From Octopus vulgaris (Eukaryota): a DNA stretch of 64,000 nucleotides. The stretch is taken from positions 74,090,001-74,154,000 of the forward strand of contig OX597827.1 of assembly GCA_951406725.2 (NCBI GenBank), read 5' to 3'. The notes below the pieces were generated by a model. That model was not told the DNA's origin, did no database searches, and saw nothing but the letters and a program-made list of their open reading frames with translations. Shown here piece after piece: positions 30,510-46,328 of the stretch (its first letter is position 1; each line of letters begins with the position of its first letter). A program made the translations under genes and the position numbers.

Positions 30510-32345
30510 GAGAATTGTAAGGCAGCTACTTGAGCAGCATTCCTTATCTGATAACCTAGAAGTCGCACGACGCTACTGCAAAGGTATCATCATAATGAAG
30601 GATGAGCCTAAATGAGCAGAATCCAATGCCTGGATATGTTACTAGAAAGCACGGAGATGATAGTAACATTGATCATAAAAGTAGTCTACCATGGATCAAT
30701 TGCCGGATTACTACCTCCCATTTTGAAGGGTTTGTGTTTGCAGTTCAGGAAGAAGAAAAATCAACCAATTACCTGAAGCACAGAAGGGATAGATGTGCAT
30801 GAAAAACAGTAAAATGCCACAACCGATGCACACTTTGTAGAAATTCTCTGAGAGAGATGCACACAGTTTCAACCAACACACGACGTGAAACGCAAATTTA
30901 CAACACTTTTGTCTTGTTGCTTTGTTAGCAAATGTCTGAACTCATTCAATAAGAAATTAAACTCAAAGAAAAAAATCATACATAGATGCATGCATACATA
31001 CATACATACATACATACATACATACATACATACATACATACATACATACATACATACATGCATGCATACATATATACATACATACATGCATACATAAATA
31101 CATACATACATGCATACATACATACATACGTGCATGCATGCACGCTCGCACACACGCATACATACATACATACATACATACATACATACATACATACATA
31201 CATACATACATACATACATACATACATGAGAATTGTAAGGCAGCTACTTGAGCAGCATTCCTTATCTGATAACCTAGAAGTTGCACGACGCTACTGCAAA
31301 GGTATCATCATAATGAAGGATGAGCCTAAATGAGCAGAATCCAATGCCTGGATATGTTACTAGAAAGCACGGAGATGATAGTAACATTGATCATAAAAGT
31401 AGTCTACAATGGATCAATAGCCGGATTACTACCTCCCATTTTGAAGGGTTTGTGTTTGCAGTTCAGGAAGAAGAAAAATCAACCAATTACCTGAAGCACA
31501 GAAGGGATAGATGTGCATGAAAAACAGTAAAATGCCACAACCGATGCACACTTTGAAGAAATTCTCTGTGAGAGATGCACACAGTTTCAACCAACACACG
31601 ACGTGAAACGCAAATTTACAACACTTTTGTGTTGTTGCTTTGTTAGCAAATGTCTGAACTCATTCAATAAGAAATTAAACTCAAAGAAAAAAATCATACA
31701 TAGATGCATGCATGCACACATACATACATACATACATACATACATACATACATACATACATAAATACATACATACATACATACATACATACATACATGCA
31801 TACATACATACATACATGCATACATACATACATACATACATACACACACTACATACATACATACATACATACATACATACATACATACATACATACATAC
31901 ATACATACATGAGAATTGTACATACATACATACATACACGCTACTGCAAAGGTATCATCATAATGACGTGAGCCTAAATGAGCAGAATCCAATGCCTGGA
32001 TATGTTACTAGAAAGCACGGAGATGATAGTAACATTGATCATAAAAGTAGTCTACAATGGATCAATAGCCGGATTACTACCTCCCATTTTGAAGGGTTTG
32101 TGTTTGCAGTTCAGGAAGAAGAAAAATCAACCAATTACCTGAAGCACAGAAGGGATAGATGTGCATGAAAAACAGTAAAATGCCACAACCGATGCACACT
32201 TTGAAGAAATTCTCTGTGAGAGATGCACACAGTTTCAACCAACACACGACGTGAAACGCAAATTTACAACACTTTTGTCTTGTTGCTTTGTTAGCAAATG
32301 TCTGAACTCATTCAATAAGAAATTAAACTCAAAGAAAAAAATCAT
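30510..32345 (+). repeat. Three tandem ~650-720 bp units of R4/Dong LINE fragment plus (TACA)n
   Basis: ORFs at 30602, 31320 and 31968 are near-identical (SHFEGFVFAVQEEEKSTNYLK); periods 718 and 648. Confidence 0.92.
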
Positions 32346-32414
32346 ACATACATACATACATACATACATACATACATACATGCATACATGCATACATACA
32401 TACATACATACATA

Positions 32415-35400
32415 CATACATACATCTGCAGTGCCAGTATTCATGCCATCATTTGGGCTGCTTGAATGGACGCTTGATAAGATCCGAGTCATTGATGTGA
32501 AAGCCGGAAGTATACTAACAAGTACACATGATTTCCGCATAAACAGTGCCGTGCACAACCCCTAACCGAATCGAAAACAAAGTGGCAGTGGCTTAACATC
32601 GATCCAAAATGCCTTTGATTATTTCATCAAATCCCTTCGACAAAATCTTTTAACCACCAAGTGTCGAAGTGCATCCCTTGATCATGTTTGCATACATGAG
32701 GCTAACAATATCGTAAGACATGGAAGGCACCTTCTAGAACAACACTCTTTATCTGATAAAACAACACTCTTTATCTAGAGTACATGCGCAAAATAAGTAG
32801 CACGACACTAGGGCAACGTCATCAGATGAAAGGATGAGCCTAGATGAGCAGAAGGCTGTAGAACGCTCCGAGATGATAGTAACATCGATCATCAAAGCGG
32901 TTTATCATGGACCAATAGCCGGATTACTATCGTCCACTTTGAAGGGTATGCACTTGCAATCCAGGAACAGGATGCACAAAAGGATTAGGGATACAGGAAA
33001 ATTCAGTAAGATGTGACAACCGATGCAGACTTTGTAGTGTTAACACCGAAGATATCACCCACATCATTAGCAGTTGTCCGAAAATGTTATCAGTCGATGA
33101 GACATTATGTTGTAGTTAGGACACTCTATAATGAAATCCGTCAGAAGGACATCCTCGAGGACAAGGAATTAAGAACCCAAAGTATGATAGAAGGCATAGC
33201 CACCTATAATTAAAAGGAGTACTGGTGGAATATCCCAGTTAAGACCTCAATAAAACGCAATCACAACAGACCTGATATAATGATTTGGGATATTGAAGAG
33301 AAACTATGCACAGTTGTGGAAATTGCTAATTTCCAGCGCATGTTAACATGAAGATGAAGATCAGTGAAAATGAGAACACCTACGCTGAACTACCGAGAAA
33401 TCTGAAGTTATTCTATACAGGTTACAAGTTCAGGTTTATACCTGTAATTATTTAGGCCCTGTGATAGGTAACACACGGCCTAAATATCAATCTTGAGAAA
33501 TTAGGCTACCCAAAACCAGAAAGAAGAAAGCTAATTCGAAGACTACAGATCCATCCACCACTGGGACTGTAAGAATCTATAAAACTTCCCAGAAGTTTTG
33601 CATTTAGATATATATGAGCATGTCTAGATATGCAAATATACGCATAAGAATACATACATAAAACAAAACATATAAATCTGCACATATGCATACATGCAAA
33701 CACAAATACCCTGTTGATGATGTTGAAATCCCAATGGAGAAGCATTGAATCTAGGTTAGAAACCGGCGCAATCTCTATTGGCAAGAAACCCTGAAATAAA
33801 ACAGATGTATGCATACATATATACCAACAAATAAAAATACCCTCCTGCTGATGTTGAAATTCCAGTGACGGTGCGTTAGATCTATGTTAGAAACTGGCTC
33901 TTTCTCTATTGGCAAGAAATCTTGCACGCATGCGCACACAAAGAGAAGCTAATCATCTAAGAACCAAGAACACAATTAATAATCACTTTCATATGTAAAA
34001 AATTGTCAAAATCGTAAAAGGTAATCTCGTTTCTGCAACGTATATTTTCCTCGTAATAAGACAACATTCCTGTCGTGAAAAACCTAGACGAGTAGCCGCC
34101 CCTGGATTACTTCGTCTTACCCTGTACCATTTACTACATAATAACATGCTTTTGTATTAAGTCGAAGTACTCATCACTTATTAATGTCTCCATTGATGTA
34201 AAGACTGTATAAAACTAGCTTAAAGTAAGCGAACCGTTGCCGATGACAACACTACGCATGCGCATTCCTCAATCTTAATATCGTCTGCTACAAAGTCCGA
34301 CGAGACAAAACAGATCAACATATGCACTCCACAGCTGACACTGAAAATTAATTCAGTGATTCCTTCGAAAATTACACAGTTCAGTAATATTTAATATTAT
34401 AGCGTTATCTTTTTATTGGTAATTCTACGGAAAATAGAAAGACTGACAAAATATTTTCTGCCGTTCTTACTACAGACATGGTAAGTAGAAACGTTACAAT
34501 TATAAATTGAATCCAGAGTAAACCAGGTTACGTCGATTTTAATGTCCTTCAATTTGTGATGAATGTTGCTGAAGAAATAGAATTCTGAGAAAGAGAAACT
34601 GCTTTTATTCACTCTATTGATTTGCCTCATTAATATGGAGCATCATTGCTATAATAAATGAAATACAGAAACATCATAATAGAAAATAGTTTATTTTCGA
34701 AAAGTTGGGTGAATATAAATTCATTGCAGACATCTCCATTCCTCTCTGTTGTCGTAGCTGATATGTTGAACGAAGAAATAATTTTACTCTTTGTCTCTGT
34801 AAATCTGGTATTGCCAATGTACAATGAATATAAGAACTCAGTAGCTCAAATACGTACACGCACATACATTCACACACACGCATATATATAACGAATGTAT
34901 AACGCTGTAACTAAAAAGTATGTGGGTCTTACAGAGAGAAATTTCAAGGCAAGATTTCGTAATCACACAGCTTCAAAGACTAGAATAAACGTGAGGCAAC
35001 TAAACACAAGCACATGGTGGAGAAAAATTGATAAACAAAATATTCCAAGACTAAGATTTGAAATAAGACGTCACTATTGTTAATATCATCTTTGGTTAAA
35101 AGATAAAATTGATGGTATAAACATTAGTAACATAGGTGGTTCGCAGGCAAAGAGCTATGTTTTTGGTGCTAAACAGAACCAGTACACAAACGGAATATAG
35201 CGTGACGGTCGAATTTTTACTAGGTAGTCCACAGTGAAGAGAGTCAAGGATTAAATTTCCAAAAGCCGAAACCCGGGTATGTGGATGTCCTAAACTCTAT
35301 AATCTTTCATAGATGTGTTTTTGCCTCGCCTACTGTTATTTATCTGTTATCTTGGTGCTTTACGGTGCTTTTAATTAAAACTTTAGCTCTTATTTCTAGC

Positions 35401-37832
35401 AGGTTGATTCTTTTCTGCATCCTTACGGTTCGTGCAAATTTGTAATTTGTAGCTAAATAATCGTATTGCTGTTACAGAAAACCAACGATTTCATCGCACG
35501 AATGAGATGGCTGACCTTCTTTTATGATAACAAATCTAATATTGCATACTCCTCCAAAGATAAGGATTACCATTTCACTCGTTTGCCCCATAAAATCCGA
35601 TCTGTGTGGCATTAGTAAATGCATAATACTCTGGCTTATCACCTTTGAGCAACAGAATTAATCTTTCCCTTTGGAAAAGTAATCGTGATATCATTATGTG
35701 GTACCACTCTGTTCCTTACAAATCTAATACTCACTTCCCCCAGTTTGATATTTCGAGCTTTTACGCTTTCATATCTGTTATCCTTCTAAATAAGGCTCTA
35801 ATGTTTGCGGGGAAACTTGCTTCTCTTTCTAAGTTTGACATTGACATTATTTTAGCAGCTGAAAAGCACGTTTGTTTTTATTTTTAATGAATACTGGTCA
35901 CATACTACCACCATAAATCTCTTCGATATCATCATAGATTCTTCAGACTCTGCTCGAGTCACGACCCTGGTATATCTCTTTCTTCTCTCATAAACAAATG
36001 AACATTTTTCACAAATACAGGGACGTCAGGGTCGTCCACTGAGCGTATCCGTAAAGCCCTCGATAAACTCTTTAAAAACTTATTTGAACAAAGGAATAAA
36101 GTAACCACCTTCTGGGATCTGGCGCTTCACTTAGATTCTAGTCTCTACTAGCCTTACCAGAAGAGTAATGACTCTTTAGACTACATCGGCGTTCTGTCTA
36201 ATCATCCTAAATATGTCTGATATAACATAAGGTATTTCTGTTAGGATTTCTAGGCTATCCGTCAATGAGGATTACTTACATTATCACACCCTGCACTATA
36301 AAAAGACTCTACGTAATAGCGTCTTCCTTGAGAGGTTCTCATATATCCCTAATACTGGACTGAAAACCAAACTAGAACTTTTATTTTATTCTAGATATAT
36401 TAAGTCTCCTACCCAGACTAAGCCCTGCCTCTCTATGCACTAGCGCCTCTCAGCAAGCTTCCCTCGCTAATAATCACTCGGCTAGTTCTAAGGTGGATGC
36501 ACTCCGACCACCCAACGCTGAACAGCTCAATACCAAACACGGCCCTAAGGTCCCCAGGAGTAGAAAACGTGAGACTTTATAGTTTGCATTCCAGTTTTCT
36601 TCTCAAGTTAAACAACGTAAACTCTAAATTCCGACCCTAAAATAAGTATCATTCCATATTTAAGAAACCCACTATGAAAATGTCATATTCACAATCGTAA
36701 ATTTGGGATCTATAATTGCCGATTCTAATAGGAGCAAACTCGGCCGTCTAACTTCAGGTCCTGTGAACCACTCTTTTGGCTTTCACATTAACCGAGTTCA
36801 TAGTAACACGGTTAACCGGGAAAATCCTACCAACCCTAGCATTAGATCGGATAACAATGCTTCTGGAATTAATGACATTAAGACTTAAAACCACGGCGAT
36901 ATGAAAATGACAGATCTTCTCCTTAGCTCTTATACTACCATAGAGGATTTAAATCTACACTCGAATTACAATTATAACCTTTATACAATTTCGATACTAT
37001 ATAGCAATGCTTCTAATGTCGTGGTTTCTAATACTGATCTTCGAAGCAGTGTTCTTCCTAGCTTCAGTAGCAACGGCCCCGGAATAAATACTATCCAAGA
37101 CAACCGTGTTCGATTAGGTCCAAGTATTGCCTATAATAATTTGCTCCAATTACCTTTCTCTGGTCATCAAACTCCCACCTCCATTTTTGCAGGACAATTG
37201 AAAATATGTCACTTTCGATTTTAATCATATATAACATATTTCACCGAACAAAATTTGAACAGGGAGGATTTAAACATATAAATATAGAGATGAAAACATT
37301 GTATCGTATAAACAATTACACAAAACTTTGCACAGCATCAAATAGCGTCGTTCATTTGTTCGTGTAGGGCAGTTACAGGTGTTTTCTATTTGTTACATGT
37401 GACTTCTGTATTCCGAGGTTGCCAATTCAATGGTTCATCGTTCCCTGCCGAATATCATAGTCTGTTATCGGTGGGACTCTGGATTTAGAGGTCATTGTAT
37501 CTAGTGTTGTGGAGAATGGATGGATCACATTAGTCAGCATTTTCGAAATTTCCAGTATCGTAACTGAGAAGCAAATCTATATCAGTGGAGAACCTTTCAG
37601 TAAAATTGGACGCTGTACGTCAAGCAAGACAGCCCGCGGTGTGGCACGGTATGACGAAACCATGACGCAGGTATTCTTGCAGCGTCCGAACATTTATGAC
37701 CTGTGGAGTTATGTCATAAAGCTGTTGTCACGTGTAGTATGAATCTGCTTATCTATTGAGTACCTCGTGACTCACATGTGGCAAGAAGAAGCAATCACTG
37801 TGCATCACTACGCACACACACACACACACATA

Positions 37833-37898
<66 letters not shown>

Positions 37899-39077
37899 CT
37901 CTCTCTCTCTCTCTCTCTAACACACACACACACACACATTAGTTAATCAAAAAATAAAACGAAGAAAACACAAGAAAAAAAAAACAACGTATGGACGTGG
38001 TACATGCAAAGTATTAAAACACGCTCAGGGAAGGAAACAGAGGTTTAACGATTCGAAGTTACGTTTTCAAATGATCGGAAGGGATTGGATGAAGAAAAAG
38101 TTCTTTCTAAGACCAGAGAGTATACGAAGAAGTGTGTGTGTGGGTATGTGCGAGTGTGTGAGTGTGTGTATAAAGCCATAAATGTATGTGTGTGTGTGGT
38201 ATTAACTGTTTATGTGTGTATGTGTGAGTGATCTTTGTGTCTGTTAATTCAGCAGCTGTGGTAACAGAAGTGGTGGTCATTTGTGTAGTTGTGTGTTTCT
38301 TCACATATGCGTAGATGGGATGGTCAGTGGCAGTCTGTATGTATATATGTGTGCGTGTATGTTTATGTTGTGTGTGTTTTGTGTGTGGTGTATGTGCGTG
38401 CGTGTGTGTATATGCATGTGTTGCGTGTGCGCGCGTGCATGTGTCTACATGCATGCATGCTGATTGCTTCTTCTAGCCAGCAGATAAACGGATTCGTCCT
38501 ACACGTGACAACAGTATTACGACATAACTCCACATGTCATAAATGCTCGGATGCTGCAGGAATACGTTCTGTATGGTTCCATCACTCGTCACTCGGTTGC
38601 ACCTCCCGCTGTCTTGCTTGATGTAGGTACCGGCTGAGTTGTAGTACTCAGCTGTTATCTGAGGGATACAGGTCTATGTCGCGTAGACGTCAGCTGGCAA
38701 CTTTTTTCCGTCTTATGTGGGTAAAGTACCCAGTCTACCTGCTGTTTTTCACCGCTTAACTGTATTCCAAATGAGCCTTTTTGTCTGCAAAATATCAACA
38801 CATTCGACGCTTCTAAAGTTTCTTTATAAAATGTTGTCGCATTCCAAAAGATATTATTTAGTGTTATAATTGTCAGTTATTGCTTAATGGTAGATTACTC
38901 AACCGATGTCTGACGGTTAGTATCCAATAAACGACTGCTGGCAAATGTTTTTTTCTCCGTTTTATAAGGGTAGAATACCCAATCTTTCTGATGTTTTCAC
39001 GGTTAATCTACGTTTGATACTTACTTCCTCTTCTCTAAAATACCAAACACATACGACTTTTCCAAACTTTGTGTATG

Positions 39078-39124
<47 letters not shown>

Positions 39125-39508
39125 TAAAATTTACTATTTTGTGGGCTTACCTATTGCAATACTATTTGTGTACGAATAGGTGTATCCATATATGTTTATC
39201 TTTTTATGTATTTATATGCATATCGGTGTATATATACATTTAAGTCTACAAAAAAAAATAGATGAACAAACACAAACAAACAGCAACGTGAGGACGTGGT
39301 ACATGTAAAGTATTAGCAGACGCTCAGGGAAGGAAAGAAAGATGGTTTAACGTTTCCAACAACGTTCTTCTTCAGAAACAGAGGAAAGTCCAATAGAAAG
39401 GAAGACAGAGGAAGAAAGAAAATCGCTAACGATTCACATGTAGTTATTTATATATATAAGTGTGTGTGTGAATGGGTCTGTACATCTGTATAATTATATA
39501 CAACTGTA

Positions 39509-39591
<83 letters not shown>

Positions 39592-42500
39592 TTACTATTA
39601 TATATTGATGTGTCTACGTTCGTATATCTATGTCTATGTATATCATCATCATCATTATAATCTTTTAATATCCGTCTTCCAGTCTTGCATGGGTGAGACC
39701 GTTTGACAGGGGCCGGCCAGTTAGAAGGTTACATGAGGTTACTGTGTCTGTTTTGGCATGGTTTTCATAGTTGAATTGCTTTTCCCACACCATCCGCCCC
39801 ACAGAATGGACTTTTTTACGTAGCACCAGCACGAGGTCAGCACTGGCACGGTTTTTACAACTGGATGATCTTCGAAATGCCAACCGCTTCACAGTGTGGA
39901 GTGGAGACTTTTTATATGTGTGTGTCTGTGTTTGCCCCGCACTACTGCTTGAGAACGGATGCTGGTTCGTTTAAGTCACCCTAATTGAGCTGCTCGGCAA
40001 AAGATACAATAGTATGAGTACAAAGCTAAAAAAAGAGCGTGCCTTTATTACTATTAAAGATCACAAAGAAAACTTCCTTTCCAACCCTAAATGTAGGCTT
40101 ATCAACCCAGCCAAGTCAAAACTTGGGATTATTAGTAAAGAAATTTTAGATAAAATAAATGCGAAAATTAAGACCGATACTAGGCTAGTACAATGGTCCA
40201 ATAGTATAGAAGTCGTAGACTGGTTTAAAGCCATTAAGAATAAGAAAAAAGCGAGGTTTACACAATTCGATATTGTTGATTTTTATGCCCTCATCTTCGC
40301 TAGCGACTTCATAGAAATTAGTACAAATGATAAGGACATAATCTTCCGTGCTAGAAAGACCTTACTTTTCAGTGAGAACGCAAAGTGGGTAAAAAATACC
40401 GACACAGAGGGCGCTTTCGATGTGAGCATGGGTTCATATGATGGGGCAGGCATCTGCGATCTAATTGAACTTTTTCTCCTAGATACCCTAGGTAAGACAT
40501 TCCCTGACGTACATTTCGTCATCTACAAAGATGATGCCCTCGCCTTAACAGCTAATACAAATGGACCAGCACAAGATCGTTTTAGGAAGGATATTATCCA
40601 GTTAATGAAATACTTCGGACTTAGTATAACTATAGATACTAACCTGACGGTTGTCAATTTCTTAGACGTTTCCTTAGATCTTAATAAGAATATTTATAAG
40701 CCTTATAGGAAGCCCAATGATAGACTAAGTTATATTAATGTAGGTTCATGCCATCCCCCATGAAGATAGTGGTTTTAGCGAAAAAATAAAATATACACCC
40801 ATTACTAGCCCAACAGTAAGGAAAAGGAATAATAGAAATAGGAAGGTCATCTGGTTTACGCCCCCTTACTCACCTGAGGTGGCCTTCAATATAGGTAAAT
40901 ATTTCCTGGCATTGATAGATAGACATTTTCCAGTTAACCATACTTATAGGAAACTCTTCAATAGACACAATTTAAAAATTAGCTTTAGTTCCACTACCAA
41001 TTTTAAAAACATAATCAAACATAACATACAAAAAACACAACAAGAAAACAGCTGTTCATGCAGGAATAAAGAATTGTGCCCGCTAAATGGAGCTTGCATG
41101 TCCAAGACCATCATATATGAAGCTACCGTAAACTCTATAACCACTAAAGGCACCGTTCCGACGAAGAAATACGTGGGCCTTACAGAGGGTAACTTCAAGG
41201 CCAGGTTCAATAACCACACTTTGAGCTTTAGGCACTGGAACAAAAGAAAAGCGACACAATTATCTAATCATATTTGGTCTTTAAGAGATAAAGGTGTCGA
41301 TTATAACATACATTGGAAGATTTTGGCCAGATGTAAGCCCTATACCAACGGCAGCGGAAGGTGCGGTCTATGTATGTGACATGGAGAGATGGCTTATCTG
41401 GAAAAGCAGCTTAGACCCTACTACATGTCTAAACACAAGGACAGAACTTTTCGGGTCATGCCCACGTGTGACTAAATTTCTGTTACGTTTTTGGTCCCCT
41501 AAAGAAAACAGATAGAACATGCTTTCTATGTTATGTCCCAAGAAGATTTTATATATTTTTATATAATTTTTATGGCGAAAAATGCGAGCGATGTATAAGT
41601 ACGCAGGCAAGCAGAGTTATAACACAGTAATTTCCCTTTGTATAACGGTATTTTTTCATAGCGTTTTCAAATAGCCAGATAACCGAAGAGATGTCGTGGA
41701 TTCCCACTTCGGCATCTGAAACTCAGAGTTTTATCTTGACTATTGAGTAATGTAACATATTATTGTATATATATATATATGTGTGTGTGTGTTTGTGTGT
41801 TTGTGTGTGTGTATGCATGTGTGTGTGTGCCTTAATTCTCCTCCCCTCTCAATCTAAGCCCCTTCCATATCCTTCCCTATCCCACCACCCCCATCCCTTA
41901 ACCCATTCCCACATACCCCACCTCTACCCCCATCCTTGCTTTCCCCACTCTTGTTCTCCCCACCTCCCAGTACCATCACATCACACCACACACTACTACA
42001 CCTTACACTACCATACCACACATCACCACTAAACACTTCCCAGACCACATTTTCACACCTACACATACGCACACGCAAACGTCAAGATCACCAGCCCTCG
42101 TCCACACACATATACAAACTCTCTTATACCCACGCACGCGCACCTTCGTTTTGGGATCACCACTACTTAGTTATTATACGATGACTGTAATATCATAAGA
42201 GAAGCAATCACTCTTATTAGGTCGCATCACGCCCTGTCCTGTTTCTAGAAATGCATGCACCTCACAGTCAGAGTAGGCGGCGTTGCGAGCTTATTTTTAT
42301 ACATTTGTGTGTTTGTGTGTATGCTTGCGTGCGCGAAAGTGCGTGTGTCTATTGATATATTCGAGTTTTATGTCCGTCTGATTTGTGTGGATATAATGGC
42401 AACATCGTTTTTTTTGCTCTCTTTCTCTATCTCTCTCTTCCCCGCTCACTCAATCCTCACACAGAGGTATACTCACATACAAGTTGTTCTCTTTATAATG

Positions 42501-44062
42501 TCTCCTCACTCTATCACCTCCTCCTCACGAATTGACCAATCAGATGAAGAGAAAATTGTGTTCGCTTTTCTCTTTGCGTTCTATTTCCTTTCCTCTTTCT
42601 CTAATTGTCTTGGATCCTGCATTTACCATTCTACCTCAATTTCTAGAATATATATTTCTTCCCTGATACTTCTCTTCAATCTTTGACATATTTTGTACTT
42701 TTTATCATAGCAAGTCTTCATATACGTAGCACTGTACACTTTAAAAAATTTCTTTAATCCACTTCTGAAAGGGGTGGGCAGGTCCCTCAAACTCCTGATT
42801 TTTCATTTCTTGAAAATGTGCCGTGTGTATGTGTGTGTGTGTATGTGTGTGCATGTACGTGTGTATATGCGTATTAATAGAGGTTACAAAAGTGACAGAG
42901 GATGCTGACTAGCATCACTATTGATAGAAATACCAGTTAAAACAACTCAAGAGTCAGAAAATACTATCAAAATGACTGACGAAGGGAGATAAGCGTATAT
43001 AGACGGATCGACAATTTCGGATTTTGGTGTAGACCATCTTAGCCCTCATCAGTGACACTTAACGCCTAGGATTAACCTTAACTACTTCTGTCAATTTTAT
43101 ATGAAAACTGTTGAAAATGTGCTAATTTTCAAAAAGGTAAAAGTTCGGTGTTTTGAATTGTATTCGGTGCTCTTTCTGCGAATCACCAATGATCGTTTTC
43201 TTGATCGAATAGATACTTGTAACGAAAAGTAGATCCTTTATGATAACTGTAAATGATCAGGTCAATGTTTTGATCGTGATGAATCCCCCAAACATTTCCC
43301 AAAGCCAAACTTGGATCAGCAAAATATTATGGTGACTGTCTCGTGGTCTGCAATTGGTGTTGTCCATTACAGCTTTCTGGAAGCAAATCAAAGCATTACA
43401 GCAGAGATTTACAGTAATCAACTCGCTGAAATGCATGCTCACTTGCAAAAAGTGAGACCTGCAATGGTGAATCGGCGTCGCCCAATTCTGCTCTGCAATA
43501 ATGCAAAACCACATGTTGCAAGAATGACGCTGCAGAAACTCGCAGACTTGGGATACGAGACCTTACCATATCCTTCGTATTCTCCTGATCTTTCACCCAC
43601 TGGCTACTATATTTTAAAGCATTTAAACATGTTTTTAAGTGATAAAACTTTCAGGTCCAAACCACAGGTGGAATCACCTTTCAAAGTTTTCTTAGCATCG
43701 AAGCCGATAAGTTTTTCTCATCGAGGCATAAACTATCTCGTTGATCGATAGCAGAGATGCATACATGTTCACAGCTCAAACTTTGGCCAATCAAAACATT
43801 TCTATTGTTAATTTTCCTAGAATAAAATTATTTTTCTGAAATCGGCCATTATTTTCGGAACAACCTAACGCACTCTGCCCACATAAAACCGTCTTTCTTT
43901 ATTCCTTATTTTTTCCTTTATTTTCACTGTGTCTAATCCCACTAAAGAATTACCTTTTAATATAGGAAATTAGCCACTTGCCATACATATTTCAAATGTC
44001 TGAAAGACAATAGAAGTAAATGTCAATAACCTCTTCATTATAACGTCTCATCCACTCTCATT

Positions 44063-44102
<40 letters not shown>

Positions 44103-45599
44103 TTTTTCTCGACTATTTCCCGGAAAATACCACTCCACTTACAATAGCTAAGTCACTTTAGTTTTAAGATTATTACATATACACATTTTATCAATCGCCT
44201 AGTATTGTTGATAAAATCTGGGGAAAATTGAACTTCAACTTAAAGCTACATAACCCATTTAGATCGTAAAGCACATTTCTATTTCACCATCCTTCTATGC
44301 GTATATGTTTGCTATGTAAAACTGTTTTCCTAAACGAAAGAAATTTTTTATTACAATATTATTGCAATATATACTGCTTATACAATGCTGTAAGGTAGAT
44401 GAACGGAACAAATGTACATGTGGTGGGGTTTGCTGAGAATAATAGTGTTAGATGGTGAGAGAACAGGAGAGATTACTATTCCATTACTATTATCAGTCTT
44501 TCATCATTTGTTTTCTTGAATAATTTGTTTTACCATTTGCGTTATTCTACTGTATAATGATGTTTCAAGACAAAAGACAAACATCGACGTTTATAGAAAT
44601 AGATAATTTTATTATTTTGTATGAGTGGACAGAGTTTATAATTATATCTTTATTGATACAGATTACAAAAAAGATTACACAATTATATTGCTTTTAACAT
44701 ATAGACAACGTTGGTCATTAATGCTGATATTACGGAAGATTTCTTGTGAGTACCAAGCAAAATGTAGGTGACTGAATTAAGATATTATTGACTATTTTTT
44801 TCATGATATAAACAACGATATTGACACCAACTTCATGTCTATGAATCGAGAAAGCAATGGTTGTAAATGAATGGAGAAGACATTAGCGATAAAGACAGAG
44901 CAACATTTGACGTGTATGATCTGAGAGAAAAATACTCAGCATATGACTTTTGAAGAACGCTTGGGATATGAATCTAATCGGAGAGAATACAAACTGTATA
45001 TAAATGCGATAGATATCAAGGGTGTTTGGATAGAGAATACAACAATTTTATACGTATTGATATGATAGCTGTAATGTTTCAATAGTCAGGGCACCATGGT
45101 ATATGAAATAGGAAGACACCAGTGGTCTTTGAACTGAAGGACACCGTTAACTGAAATGGCAGCAACAGTATATGAAAGAAGCCACCAACCGTATACGAAT
45201 CGAGGCAAGTGATATGGTAAATGAATTGAGATGATAGTGGTGGTATTGCAATTAAGAAGATAGCAGTTATAAACGAATTAGTTTCTTGTCTCTGTTTCGC
45301 AATAATTGAAGGTTACTGCCTGAATTTCTGTGTCATGCGTTATATGGTATTAATAAAAATTAAAAGCCCGAATATGTTGATTAAATATATTAAGTAAAAA
45401 AAAGTAAGAATAAAGAAAATAGAAAAAACGTATTGAGAGATATAAAGAAGAAAATATTAAAAAATGGTGAGAAGAAAAGAGAGGCTGACTGTAAGAAATC
45501 AAATAAGTAAAAATATATGCTGTGAGATATAAATTCTTTTTAAAAATTGGGATAAGGGAAATAACTCAAAAGGGTAAATGACCCGAAGTTAAGCGACGA
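32415..45599 (+). repeat. ~13.2 kb direct duplication, copy 2
   Basis: Colinear with 16215-29379; continues into unique sequence after ...aagcgacgat. Confidence 0.97.
40014..41740 (+). mobile_element. Penelope-like element, second copy in duplicated block
   Basis: Near-identical to 23805-25530. Confidence 0.9.
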
Positions 45600-46028
45600 T
45601 TTACTGAATGTCGTACACATACACAAGAAAAAGGAAAAGATTAATTATTCAATGAAATTTTCTTCCCAGTTGGAGACAGAGAAAAAAGAATTTATCAGCA
45701 ATTGTTGCGAAGTCTCAATCGAAAAAGAAAATCATTTCAAGAAATTAATTTTAATATTTCAAAGTTAATTGACTTCTCTAGGGGAGAGAAAAATAAACGG
45801 TTATCTGTAGGCAAGAATAAACATCTTTTGGCTTTTCAAAAACCATAAATTCAGTGCAATTTTTTTAAGGCTGTACCGGATAAATTTTGGTCATTGTAAT
45901 TAGCATAATGTATTATCACAGAACTATGTCACATAGTTGGCCTGTATGTGCAAACAAAGATGAATTTTCAATATTTACTTCAACAAAAGGTGAGACGATG
46001 TTTCCTTTTAACATTATTATTAGTTTTA

Positions 46029-46160
46029 AGGCAGCGAGCTGGCAGAATCGTAGCACGCCGGACCAAATGCTTAACGGCATTTCGTCTGCCGCTACGTTCT
46101 GAGTTCAAATTCCGTCAGGGTTGACTTTGTCTCAGGGTCAATAATTTAACTACCAGTTTC
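46029..46160 (+). mobile_element. Octopus-type tRNA-derived SINE, truncated, downstream of the PTP stop
   Basis: ggcagcgagctggcagaatcgtagcacgccgg...gagttcaaattcc (A/B box-like). Confidence 0.75.
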
Positions 46161-46328
46161 TTGAAAATGTTTCCATTCCCTTTGAGAGATACAAGCAATT
46201 GCCGCTAACCTTTGGTTTTCTTTATCCAAAAAGGAAATAATTTTTTTGCATACATCGCCGCTTAACTCATACCATGTAACATCTATAATGTGGGTACTAT
46301 AAAAACATTCACACCATCCACCCATGTA

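Noticed and set aside
30510-32345. CRISPR-like array or small tandem gene family (66-aa ORFs)
   Set aside because: Eukaryotic context; the units are identical LINE fragments without unique spacers.
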